This document shows, piece after piece, positions 43,232-51,959 of a stretch of DNA of 64,000 nucleotides. The stretch's first letter is position 1. Each line of letters starts with the position of its first letter. This stretch comes from an uncultured Methylomirabilota bacterium (lineage in GTDB: Bacteria > Methylomirabilota > Methylomirabilia > Methylomirabilales > 2-02-FULL-66-22): contig OY970067.1 of assembly GCA_963705305.1 (NCBI GenBank), positions 2,208,001 to 2,272,000 of the forward strand, given 5' to 3'. The position numbers and the translations under genes were made by a program. The notes under the pieces were generated by a model. The model worked only from the letters and a program-made list of their open reading frames with translations. It was not told where the DNA came from and did no database searches.

Positions 43232-43481
43232 CGTGGTCGTCTTGCTGGTGATTCTGATCCTGGGCGCGCTGATCGGGAGCGTCATCGGCGAAGTCATCGC
43301 GGCGCTGGCTCCGGGAGGCTTCCTGGAGACGGTGTTCTCGAAAGGGATCAATCCGGGCCTCTCCCCCCCGGCGGTCCTGGACCTGAGGGTGGTCACGCTG
43401 ACGTTCGGTCTGACCATGCGGATCAACCTGGCCAGCCTTCTCGGTATCGCACTGGCCGTAGTCATCTACCGGAAGCTGTGA
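43212..43481 (+). CDS. DUF4321-like small membrane protein
   Basis: LGALIGSVIGE...LDL.V..LTFG....INLASLLG; upstream of maf. Confidence 0.75.
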   Translation: MAKKMDSVVVLLVILILGALIGSVIGEVIAALAPGGFLETVFSKGINPGLSPPAVLDLRVVTLTFGLTMRINLASLLGIALAVVIYRKL

Positions 43482-43494
43482 GGGACAGGCATAA

Positions 43495-43570
43495 CAGCAT
43501 TCAGCCATCAGCTATCAGCGTTCAAATGTCCCGCTGACGGCTGACGGCTGACGGCTGAAGGCTGAAGGCT
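43495..43570. repeat. Heptamer inverted array (CAGC/GCTG family)
   Basis: CAGCATT CAGCCAT CAGCTAT CAGCGTT ... (GCTGACG)x3 (GCTGAAG)x2. Confidence 0.8.
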
Positions 43571-43575
43571 CTCCC

Positions 43576-44193
43576 ATGACCGACATCATCCTCGCGTCTG
43601 CCTCACCCAGGCGTGCGGCCCTGCTCCAGCAGATGGGTCTCTCGTTCCGCGTTCTGCCCAGCAGCTTGGACGAGAACGGCAGCGGGGCCGCCCTCGCAGG
43701 GGAAGATCCCGCGGGGCGGGCCGTCGCCCTGGCCCGGGCGAAGGCGACCGAGGTGGCGGCCCGGGCCGGGCGAGGGATCATCATCGGCGCGGATACGATC
43801 GTGGAGTGCGAGGGGGAGGTGCTGGGCAAGCCCCAGGGAACGGCCCAGGCCGTGGCGTTCTTGGAGCGACTGGCCGGTCGGACCCACCGCGTCATCACCG
43901 CGGTGGCGGTGGTGGAGGCGGCCACCGGCCGAACGGAGGTGGCGGCATCGACAACTCTCGTCCGCATGCGGACCTTCGGCACAGGGGAGGCCGCCGCGTA
44001 CGTGGCGACGGGTGAGCCGATGGACAAGGCCGGAGCCTACGGCATCCAGGGGCGAGGCGCGCTCTTGGTGGAGGGGATCCAGGGGGACTATTTCACGGTG
44101 GTTGGGCTCCCGGTGGCGCTGCTGGCCACGCTGCTCCGCCGATTCGGGGTCGAGGTGTGGACCGGCGGGGACCTTGCGGCGGATGCGGGTTGA
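43576..44193 (+). CDS. maf: Maf/YhdE nucleoside triphosphate pyrophosphatase
   Basis: IILASASPRR, GADTIV, LGKP, DKAGAYGIQ, VVGLP. Confidence 0.95.
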   Translation: MTDIILASASPRRAALLQQMGLSFRVLPSSLDENGSGAALAGEDPAGRAVALARAKATEVAARAGRGIIIGADTIVECEGEVLGKPQGTAQAVAFLERLAGRTHRVITAVAVVEAATGRTEVAASTTLVRMRTFGTGEAAAYVATGEPMDKAGAYGIQGRGALLVEGIQGDYFTVVGLPVALLATLLRRFGVEVWTGGDLAADAG

Positions 44194-44339
44194 CGGGCGC
44201 TGGCAGTCACCTCCGCGCCGGGTTTTTGCTTGACACCTCCAAACATTTATGAGACCGTACGGCCGCTTCGTGTCCGTGCGGGCAGAGGCCTACAGGCCTC
44301 CTGAAGTGGGTGACATCCCAATGCGTCTCAGGGGGAAAC

Positions 44340-45218
44340 ATGTCGACCTCCTCGTTCCTGTCTCGGTGGACCGGCCGTCCAGAGCGGGGGGAGGATCCTC
44401 CCACGGATATGGAACGGCCGCTTCCTGAACTGCTCCCTTCAGCAAAACGGCGGAACCAAGTGTCTGTCTGGTCCTCTTCGCCATCCCTCGAGCGCATCGC
44501 ACAGGAATTCGACGAGCAAATCCGCATCATCGAAGAAGCCAAGCGACTGCTGGAAGAGCGGTTGGGTCCATTCCAGCGGCACCTCCTGGAGCAGCGCCGG
44601 AACGTGGATCAGGCCCTCAAGCTGCTGGAGGCACGGATCAAGCCGCTTCGCCAGTATCTGGAAGGGCAGTCCCACAATCTCGAGCGCGTCGGGATGCACT
44701 TGAACACGGAGCTGAAGGATCAGTTTGACGCGTTCGACAAGTTCCTGGCAGAGCAGCGGCAGATTCTCGAGCGCGCCAACCGCTTTCTCGACGAGCAGCC
44801 GCGCCCCCTGGCACAATTCCTGGAGGACGAGCAGCGGGGCATCGAGCACGTCTTCCGCGACCTGGAAGAGCGGCTGGAGCCGTTCGGTCGGTACCTGAAA
44901 GAGCAGCAGAAGCTGGTGGAGGCGCTGGCCGAGCCCCGAATCACCGAGGAGTTTGACCTGCTGGCGAAATACTGCGCCGAGCGCCAGGGAGCCATCGAGC
45001 GCTATGCGACCGCGACAGAGTACCGGCCCCAGACACTCTTTGGCGAGCTGGATGCCATTTATCAGAAATACAAGACGCAGGACGGCGGGCGGAGCAAGGT
45101 GCTCTCCCGCGTTCTGGAACAAACTCGGCAGGCCGATCTGCGCCTCCAGGACTCCCTCAAGCCGTTGCCCAGGGGCAGCGAAGAGCCCCGGGCGCTTCGG
45201 ATCGAGCCGACACCGTAA
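44340..45218 (+). CDS. All-helical protein with proline-punctuated 25-residue amphipathic repeats
   Basis: ATG with AGGGGG RBS; repeats such as LEERLGPFQRHLLEQ.. and LEERLEPFGRYLKEQ.. Confidence 0.8.
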   Translation: MSTSSFLSRWTGRPERGEDPPTDMERPLPELLPSAKRRNQVSVWSSSPSLERIAQEFDEQIRIIEEAKRLLEERLGPFQRHLLEQRRNVDQALKLLEARIKPLRQYLEGQSHNLERVGMHLNTELKDQFDAFDKFLAEQRQILERANRFLDEQPRPLAQFLEDEQRGIEHVFRDLEERLEPFGRYLKEQQKLVEALAEPRITEEFDLLAKYCAERQGAIERYATATEYRPQTLFGELDAIYQKYKTQDGGRSKVLSRVLEQTRQADLRLQDSLKPLPRGSEEPRALRIEPTP

Positions 45219-45366
45219 CCGCCTCCAGCTTCCTACCCGAATGGCGACTCGGTCGGCGGGTCGGGTCCAGCCGTGCTGTGTCCTCAGACTCCGTAATACC
45301 CCAGAGTATCGGTGGAAGGTTCCGCCGCGTGATGCATCCCCATATCGGCAGGGGGGGGAGGAGGGG

Positions 45367-45741
45367 CTACCGGCGTCGAGCGGCGGTGCGCTTGCGGACG
45401 TACTCGGCGATGCGCTGATCCAGCTCCGGGGTGGAGTGGAGGGTGGCGGGGCCGGAGGCGTTCACCCGCGGGGCGGGCGGCTGCCGTTCCGGCAGGTCGA
45501 ACGCTCCCGCAGAGGCGCGGGCGACGGCGCGCTGATGCTGCGTCTCGAGCAACTCCTTGAGGCGGGCCGCCGAAGCCGATCCGCCCGGAATATCCCGGTA
45601 ATCGAGCTTCTCCCGGGCCACGATGGCGCCGGCGCGGTAGACCAGAGTCAGGATGCACGGATCCTTGTCGCCCAGATCCTCGGTCTGGACGTGGTACTCG
45701 ACACCTGCGTGGGAGACGGTGCTGTTGAGACCGGGAACCAT
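45367..45741 (-). CDS. Conserved-looking hypothetical protein (G.N...YHVQTED motif)
   Basis: MVPGLNSTVSHAGVEYHVQTEDLG..P.ILTLVY.AGAI..; protein-like composition. Confidence 0.7.
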   Translation of the reverse strand: MVPGLNSTVSHAGVEYHVQTEDLGDKDPCILTLVYRAGAIVAREKLDYRDIPGGSASAARLKELLETQHQRAVARASAGAFDLPERQPPAPRVNASGPATLHSTPELDQRIAEYVRKRTAARRR

Positions 45742-45914
45742 GTGATTGAGCCAGGGCGCCGGGTTGGAGGCGCCGATATCGCCCGCACCTTAGCAGACGC
45801 CCTAGTGCCCCACAAGCAGATTCATGTTTCTGCTGGCGGGCCGCGTCGTGAGGGGGGTATACTAAAAACCTTCCAATCGAGGGAATGCCGCTTGCATCCC
45901 ACGTGGATAGGGCC

Positions 45915-46631
45915 ATGGAACATCTTGTCATCCAATCGTTGATGCACGCCGCGCGGCCCCTGGTCTCCGTGACCCTAACCGTGCTGGCGCTCTTCTCCGT
46001 CTACTCGCTGGCCGTCATCGGCGAGCGGGCCCGGACCCTTCGCAAGAGCTGGCGATCGTCTTCCGGGCTGCTGGCCCGGGTGCTGGAATTGACGGAGGTG
46101 GGGGAGCTCCAGCAGGCCCTCACGGTCTGCGAGCAGGGCAAGGGCGGGCACGTGGGGCCGGTGCTGGCAGCCGGCCTGCGCGAGCTTGCGCCGGCGGCCT
46201 CCCAGAACCCGGGATTCCGGAGCGGGGCGGCCCTGGACCGGGCCGTTGTCGCTGCCCGGGAGGCCATGCAACGGGTGACGGCCGCGGAGATCGAGCGGCT
46301 GGAACACCGACTGACCTCGCTGGCCACGCTGGGGAATATCAGTCCCTTCGTCGGGCTGTTCGGCACCGTGATCGGGGTGATGAGTGCCTTCGACGCCATC
46401 TCGCGGACGGGCAGCGGCGGTCTGGGGACCGTCTCTGCGGGAATTGCCGATGCCCTGGTGGCGACGGCCGCCGGCCTGTTCGTGGCCATCCCGGCCGTCA
46501 CGGCGTACAATCATTTCGTCTCGAGGGTGAAAGGCTTCGCCACCGAGATGGATGGGGCCGCCTCCGAGCTTCTGGCGAGGATTCAGCACGCCGCCGCGAC
46601 GGGGCCTTCCGGGGGGTCGCATCCGGCGTGA
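45915..46631 (+). CDS. MotA/TolQ/ExbB proton channel protein
   Basis: LATLGNISPFVGLFGTV.G, GIADALVATAAGLFVAIPA. Confidence 0.92.
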   Translation: MEHLVIQSLMHAARPLVSVTLTVLALFSVYSLAVIGERARTLRKSWRSSSGLLARVLELTEVGELQQALTVCEQGKGGHVGPVLAAGLRELAPAASQNPGFRSGAALDRAVVAAREAMQRVTAAEIERLEHRLTSLATLGNISPFVGLFGTVIGVMSAFDAISRTGSGGLGTVSAGIADALVATAAGLFVAIPAVTAYNHFVSRVKGFATEMDGAASELLARIQHAAATGPSGGSHPA

Positions 46632-46795
46632 CAGGCTCCTGAAAAAGGCCCATCTGCGGACACCCAGCTTTCGGCTGGGTACCCGCCCGCTCGGCCACTC
46701 GCTGCGGCGTACCGGAAGTACGCCTCGCTCGGTCCTCTGCGGGCCGCCTTGCATCTGGACCTTTTTGAGCAGCCTGAGGGAAAGCGGGTTTTTTA
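46632..46795 (+). mobile_element. MITE-like element, copy C, flanked by a 13-bp direct repeat
   Basis: CAGGCTCCTGAAAAAGG...CCTTTTTGAGCAGCCTG; GCATCCGGCGTGA at 46619-46631 and 46796-46808. Confidence 0.75.
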
Positions 46796-46905
46796 GCATC
46801 CGGCGTGAGGGGCCGGGTAACTGCGCGGGCCGGGCGCTCCACGCCGGGCAGCCGCTCCGACGGCGCCGCATCGCGGGATCTTTCGCAGCAGGAAGGGAAA
46901 TCGGA

Positions 46906-47328
46906 ATGGCCATGATGTTGCCCTCGCGCGCCAGGGATCGCCGCGTCCTGTCAGAGATCAACGTGACCCCCCTGGTGGACGTGATGCTGGTTCTCCTGGT
47001 GATCTTCATGGTGACGACTCCGATGCTGCAGCGGGGGACCGACATCCAGCTCCCCCAGTCTCAGCAGTCGGACGTCAAGGAGCAGGAGCGGATCACCGTC
47101 ACCCTCACCCGGGAGGGGCGCATCCTGGTGGACGGCCAGGAGGTTCCCCGCACGGCGCTCCGGGATCGGCTCGTGGCCCTCACCCAGAATCACGACCGCA
47201 TCGTCTACTTCCGCGGTGACGCCCAGGTTCCGTATGGTTTGGTCATCGAGGTCATGGACCTTCTGAAGGCAGCCGGCATCGAGACGGTGGGGATGATCAC
47301 CCGGCGGCCTCCGGGCCAGGGGGACTGA
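46906..47328 (+). CDS. ExbD/TolR family protein
   Basis: EINVTPLVDVMLVLLVIFMVT, RGD...PYG. Confidence 0.92.
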   Translation: MAMMLPSRARDRRVLSEINVTPLVDVMLVLLVIFMVTTPMLQRGTDIQLPQSQQSDVKEQERITVTLTREGRILVDGQEVPRTALRDRLVALTQNHDRIVYFRGDAQVPYGLVIEVMDLLKAAGIETVGMITRRPPGQGD

Positions 47329-47400
47329 GCGGCCGGTCGAGGGAGGACAGCGGTTCGGTCGCCCCACGACGACATCTCCCGCCGTGCGACGCGAGACTGC

Positions 47401-48039
47401 ATGGATATCTTTGCCGGGATCCTGACCCTGCTGTCCGACTTCGTCATCCGGACGATCGGCACCCTGGGATATGGGGGGATCATGGTGGCCATGGCCGTCG
47501 AGAGCGCCTGTATCCCCCTGCCCAGCGAGGTCATTATGCCGTTCTCCGGCTACCTGGTGAGCCAGGGGCGGTTCACGCTGTGGGGGGTGTCGCTGGCCGG
47601 AGCGTTGGGCTGCACCGTGGGATCGGCGGTGGCCTATGCGGCCGGGGCCTATGGCGGGCGCCGGTTCATCCTGCGCTACGGTCGCTACGCGCTCATCACG
47701 CCGCGGGAGGTGGAGCGGGCCGATCGGTGGTTCGCCCGATACGGGATGGCCGCCACCTTCCTCAGCCGCCTGCTGCCGGTGGTTCGGACCTTCATCTCGC
47801 TGCCCGCCGGCATCGCGCGGGTTCCCTTCTTCCGGTTCCTGATGTACGCCTTTCTTGGCTCCCTCCCGTGGAGCTGGGTGCTGGCCTACGTGGGGATGCT
47901 GCTGGGCGAGCACTGGGACCGGGTCGGGGGCGTGTTGCGCTCTCTGGATGTGGTCATCGTGGTCGGCTTGGGGGCGGCTGCGGCATGGTTCGTCTGGCAG
48001 CATTGGCCGCGGCGGGCTCCCCAGCCTGAAGAAGAGTAG
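47401..48039 (+). CDS. DedA family membrane protein
   Basis: ESACIPLPSE, F.RYG, RLLPVVRTFISLPAG. Confidence 0.92.
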   Translation: MDIFAGILTLLSDFVIRTIGTLGYGGIMVAMAVESACIPLPSEVIMPFSGYLVSQGRFTLWGVSLAGALGCTVGSAVAYAAGAYGGRRFILRYGRYALITPREVERADRWFARYGMAATFLSRLLPVVRTFISLPAGIARVPFFRFLMYAFLGSLPWSWVLAYVGMLLGEHWDRVGGVLRSLDVVIVVGLGAAAAWFVWQHWPRRAPQPEEE

Positions 48040-48048
48040 AGGGCGAGC

Positions 48049-48669
48049 ATGGTCGGACTCCGTCTTTTTCCCCGGGGCGAGAAATTCCTCGGCATGTTCG
48101 TCGAGGCCGCGCGGAACGTGCATCAGGGGGCGCGATCCCTTCAGCAGATGCTGGAAGATTTCCGGGGCAGCGACGAGCAGTGGCGGGCGGTCGAGGAGTA
48201 CGAACACGAGGGGGACAAGATCACCCATCGCATCCTCCAGATGCTGCACCAGACATCATTGAAGGCGGGAGACCGGGAGGACATCCACAGGCTCACCTCG
48301 GCCCTGGACGACGTCATCGATCTCATCGAGGGCTCGGCGGCCCGCATGGCGATGTACAAGGTCGCCAAGCCGACGCCGGAGGCGCTGCGGCTGACGGGGG
48401 TCATCGTCCGCTCCACCGCGCAGATTGTGGAGGGGGTGACTGCCCTGCCGAATCTTGCGCGCGTCCAGCCGCACTGCATCGAGATCAACCGGCTGGAAAA
48501 CGAGGCAGACGAGATCGCCCGGAGCTCCATCGCGGCCCTCTTCACCGGAGACTGGGCACCGCTCGAGGTCTTCAAGTGGAAGGAGATCTACGAGACCATG
48601 GAGACCACAACAGACCGGTGCGAGGATGTGGCGAACCTGCTGGAAGAGATCTGCCTGAAGCGCTCCTGA
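48049..48669 (+). CDS. DUF47 family (PhoU-like phosphate transport regulator)
   Basis: EHEGD, DREDI..L...LDD..D, INRLENEAD, KWKEIYE..E..TDRCEDVA. Confidence 0.88.
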   Translation: MVGLRLFPRGEKFLGMFVEAARNVHQGARSLQQMLEDFRGSDEQWRAVEEYEHEGDKITHRILQMLHQTSLKAGDREDIHRLTSALDDVIDLIEGSAARMAMYKVAKPTPEALRLTGVIVRSTAQIVEGVTALPNLARVQPHCIEINRLENEADEIARSSIAALFTGDWAPLEVFKWKEIYETMETTTDRCEDVANLLEEICLKRS

Positions 48670-48703
48670 GCGGGGAAGGGGATTCGGACGGCGGGCGCCT
48701 GTC

Positions 48704-48732
48704 TTGACATTGGTCAGTCGCGATTGTACCCT
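48704..48732 (+). promoter_or_regulatory. Putative sigma70 promoter for tatA/B
   Basis: TTGACA-N17-TACCCT. Confidence 0.45.
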
Positions 48733-48773
48733 ACGTAGTGGCGGAAATTGCGCCATTCGCAGGAGCGGAAGCT

Positions 48774-49271
48774 ATGTTCGGCATCGGTATGCCGGAGCTG
48801 ATGATCGTCTTCGTGATCGCCCTCCTGGTCTTCGGACCCAAGGAGTTGCCCAGGATCGGGCGGACGATCGGCAAGGCCATGGCGGAGCTGCGGCGGGCCT
48901 CGGACGACTTGCGCGATGGCCTCCAGCGCGAGTTCGACAATCTGGATCGGGAAGCGCGATCGGAGGAGCCCGACCATGCCGCCGCCCCACTCACGCTGGC
49001 TCCCGACGCGACCGTTCCCGCCGGGGATTCCCCCTCGGCATCGCCCGATGCCGGCACGGGGTCCGTTGCGCTCGGTCCCGAAGAGCAGCTCGACCTTCCC
49101 GGCCTGAGGGGACCGGCCGAAGTCACGGCGACTCCCAATCCAGCCGAGGTCTCCGCAGTCGCCGACTCGGCCGCATCCGAGACCCCGGCCGCCGCGAGCG
49201 TGGAAGAACCGCCGCAGCCGGCCGTGATTGCCGCCCCGCCTTCCTCATCTCCCGACACCCGGAATACCTGA
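48774..49271 (+). CDS. Twin-arginine translocase TatA/TatB subunit
   Basis: MFGIGMPEL...ALLVFGPKELP.IGR.IGK; long acidic Pro/Ala tail. Confidence 0.88.
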   Translation: MFGIGMPELMIVFVIALLVFGPKELPRIGRTIGKAMAELRRASDDLRDGLQREFDNLDREARSEEPDHAAAPLTLAPDATVPAGDSPSASPDAGTGSVALGPEEQLDLPGLRGPAEVTATPNPAEVSAVADSAASETPAAASVEEPPQPAVIAAPPSSSPDTRNT

Positions 49272-49424
49272 GCGGGCGGGCACCGTGCCCGCCGGCACCA
49301 TTTCGCGCCGGCCCGGTCCAGTCGTCGCGGCCCCGTCGGCTCTCGCCGCCGGATCAGGAGACAGACGGCCCTCCCTGGCAAAAAGCTTCCGGGATGTCCG
49401 TTCTCTTCCGGGGCGGTGCCGCAG

Positions 49425-49721
49425 CCGCTTGCGGACGGGGTCGAACGGCACGAACGTGACCTGCGTGAACTGCCGGAGGGCCGTCCGATCCCGGAGCCCC
49501 GTGATGACGGCCTGGTCATCGGAGGCTTGAAATTCCTGCCAGAGTTCCACGATCGCATTGAACACGAGAAAGACCATGATGATGATGAAGTCCGCCCAAT
49601 ATCTCACGACCACGGACAGGGCCGCTGCGACCTCGATCATCCAGGGGATGGGGCCCCAGAAGTTCCCCAGAAACTTGAGCAGCGGGCTGACCTTCTTTTT
49701 CTGGATGGCGTTCGGCCCGTA
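49425..49721 (-). pseudogene. Plasma-membrane H+-exporting P-type ATPase remnant
   Basis: YGPNAI...LLKFLGNFWGPIPWMIEVAA...WQEFQA fused in frame to AVI..L...FVPFDPVRKR; no DKTGT. Confidence 0.75.
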
Positions 49722-49779
49722 GGTTGTCGGTCTTCTTCCGGATCATCCGGCGGTGGCGGGGAGAGGGCGAAGGGGATCG

Positions 49780-50361
49780 CTACTGCCTTCCAACCAGCTG
49801 ATTCAGGAAGAAGCCGTGCAGGCGCGTGTCTTGGGTGAGCTCCGGGTGGAACGCGGTGGCCAGGAGCCGGTCCTGGCGGGCGGCGACGATGGTCCCGTCG
49901 CCTAGGCGGGAGAGCACGGCCACGCCGGATCCCACGTCTTCGATGATGGGAGCGCGGATGAAGACGGCGTGGAAGGGGCCGCCGTCGAGCCCCGCGATGT
50001 CCAGGTCGGTCTCGAAGCTGTCCACCTGCCGCCCGAAGGCGTTCCGCCGCACCGCGATATCCATCGCCTCCAGGGCGGGCACGCCGGAAGCGTCCAGGCG
50101 CCTGGCCAGGAGGATCATGCCGGCGCAGGTGCCCCAGACGGGGAGGCCGTCGGCCGCCAGCTTCCGCAGCGGCTCCAGCAGGCGAGAGGTGCGCATCAGG
50201 CGGACGATGGTGGTGCTCTCGCCGCCGGGGATGATGAGGCCGTCGAGGCCCTCGAGCTCTTGGGGGACGCGGACCTCGCGGGCCGGGACCGCCATCCGCT
50301 CCAGGACCTCACGGTGCTCTCGAAAATCCCCTTGCAGGGCCAGGACGCCGATGGTTGGCAT
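49780..50361 (-). CDS. pdxT: PLP synthase glutaminase subunit
   Basis: GVLALQG, IPGGESTT, GTCAGMI, RNAFGRQVDSF, FIRAP, FHPE. Confidence 0.96.
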   Translation of the reverse strand: MPTIGVLALQGDFREHREVLERMAVPAREVRVPQELEGLDGLIIPGGESTTIVRLMRTSRLLEPLRKLAADGLPVWGTCAGMILLARRLDASGVPALEAMDIAVRRNAFGRQVDSFETDLDIAGLDGGPFHAVFIRAPIIEDVGSGVAVLSRLGDGTIVAARQDRLLATAFHPELTQDTRLHGFFLNQLVGRQ

Positions 50362-50366
50362 GGCTC

Positions 50367-50459
50367 GCACGTGAAAATAAAAACCCGACAATGAAAAACC
50401 GGTCAATGGAGGAGACGATCCTGCATTGTCCGGTTTTCCGTTGTCAGTTTTCCATTGAG
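50367..50459. repeat. Heptamer-periodic inverted-repeat element H4 between pdxS and pdxT
   Basis: AAAATAA AAACCCG ACAATGA AAAACCG GTCAATG...CATTGTC CGGTTTT CCGTTGT CAGTTTT CCATTGA. Confidence 0.75.
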
Positions 50460-50474
50460 AGTTGGTCGTACCGG

Positions 50475-51356
50475 CTACCAGCCGCGGACCGCCAGCAGCT
50501 CCTCCGGCTTCATGGATCGCACATCGCGCCCGGGCATGGCCTCGCCCAGGTCGCGCGAGACCTCGGCGATCAGCTTGGCATCCTTGAAGTGGGTGGTGGC
50601 CTGGACGATCGCCTTGGCGCGGGCCGCCGGGTTGGAGGACTTGAAGATCCCCGAGCCCACGAAGACGCCGTCCACGCCGAGCTGCATCATCAGGGCGGCG
50701 TCGGCGGGGGTCGCGATGCCGCCGGCGGCGAAGTTCACGACGGGGAGCCGGCCCACCTTCGCCACCTCGGCCACCAGCTCGAAGGGGGTCCCCAGCCGCT
50801 TGGCCTCCGCCATCAGCTCGTCCTGGCTCATCCCGTGCAGCTTCCGGATCTCGCCCAGCACCGACCGGGCGTGGCGCACGGCCTCCACCACGTTGCCGGT
50901 GCCCGCCTCGCCCTTGGTGCGAATCATGGCCGCACCCTCGCCGATCCGCCGGAGGGCCTCTCCCAGCTCCCGACAGCCGCAGACGAAGGGCACGGCGAAG
51001 TCGTGCTTCCAGATATGGTGCTCCTCGTCGGCGGGGGTGAGGACCTCGGATTCGTCAATATAGTCGATTCCCAGGGCCTCCAGGACCTGGGCCTCGACGA
51101 AGTGGCCGATCCGGCACTTGGCCATGACCGGGATCGTCACGGCCTGCTTGATGCGCTCGATCACCGTCGGATCGGCCATCCGGGCCACGCCGCCGGCCGC
51201 CCGGATGTCGGCGGGGACGCGCTCCAAGGCCATGACGGCACAGGCGCCCGCCTCCTCGGCGATCTTGGCGTGCTCCGGCGTTACCACATCCATGATGACC
51301 CCGCCCTTCAGCATCTGGGCCAGGCCCACCTTCACCGTCCAGGTTCCCTTCTCCAT
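50475..51356 (-). CDS. pdxS: PLP synthase lyase subunit
   Basis: [46 protein letters not shown]. Confidence 0.98.
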   Translation of the reverse strand: MEKGTWTVKVGLAQMLKGGVIMDVVTPEHAKIAEEAGACAVMALERVPADIRAAGGVARMADPTVIERIKQAVTIPVMAKCRIGHFVEAQVLEALGIDYIDESEVLTPADEEHHIWKHDFAVPFVCGCRELGEALRRIGEGAAMIRTKGEAGTGNVVEAVRHARSVLGEIRKLHGMSQDELMAEAKRLGTPFELVAEVAKVGRLPVVNFAAGGIATPADAALMMQLGVDGVFVGSGIFKSSNPAARAKAIVQATTHFKDAKLIAEVSRDLGEAMPGRDVRSMKPEELLAVRGW

Positions 51357-51399
51357 GAGCTGCCTCCCGAGTCTCCCGGTTTGTTCCATCAGGGGGTGT

Positions 51400-51428
51400 A
51401 TTATATGCCGGCTCGGACGGCAATGCAA
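51400..51428 (-). promoter_or_regulatory. Sigma70 promoter of pdxST
   Basis: TTGCAT-N17-TATAAT on the minus strand. Confidence 0.6.
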
Positions 51429-51649
51429 TCTACACCTGCAGCCGGAGACAGCTCAGGATGCACTGCTGCCACGCGGAGCCGGTGGACTGACGACTGTCGG
51501 GCCGAAAGAGGGGGGTCTCGGCAGCTCACCAGGATACGGCAGCGGCGAAGGCGGTTCCAACAATCAGGAGGACGAGAGCCATGGCGATGGCGCGCGGACC
51601 GATACCCGGCCGGAGACGCCGAGCCGATCGAATCAATTCACCGGCACCG

Positions 51650-51874
51650 TTATTCCAATTCGGGCCCGATGAAGCGACAGGCGACCACCTGCAAGCATCG
51701 GGGGCACAGGTAGGCGACCCGGATGATCTGCGGGTAGCGGGACGACAGGGCGTCGGATACGGGTTCGGAGGGAATTCGACAGATTGGGCAGCGAGGCGGT
51801 CGTGAGACAAGCCTGTCCAGCATTACCATGCCGAACGCAAAGAGGGCGAGAAGTCCGCCCACGAGTATGGCCAT
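51650..51874 (-). CDS. Small membrane-anchored zinc-ribbon protein (74 aa)
   Basis: AAGGAG RBS; N-terminal TM; CPIC...CPRC. Confidence 0.65.
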   Translation of the reverse strand: MAILVGGLLALFAFGMVMLDRLVSRPPRCPICRIPSEPVSDALSSRYPQIIRVAYLCPRCLQVVACRFIGPELE

Positions 51875-51959
51875 CGCCGTCTCCTTCAGCGGCCGTCGTG
51901 CGCTGTCGCCGGACTCGATCTTCGGGCGGCCCCCGCCGCTCCGGGGAGGTTGTCGGCCG

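Noticed and set aside
44250..44331. Possible four-way-junction riboswitch (TGAGAC/GTCTCA closing three hairpins) upstream of the repeat protein
   Set aside because: It matches no riboswitch consensus I recognise, and its 5' strand overlaps the likely -10 of the TTGACA promoter at 44230, so it may not be transcribed; an Rfam search would settle it
46552..46905. Long N-terminal extension of ExbD
   Set aside because: It runs through the exbB end and MITE copy C; the RBS-supported start is 46906
51440..51582. MALVLLIVGTAFAAAVSW* as a decayed paralogue of the zinc-ribbon microprotein
   Set aside because: Too short, with no intact CxxC pairs to support homology
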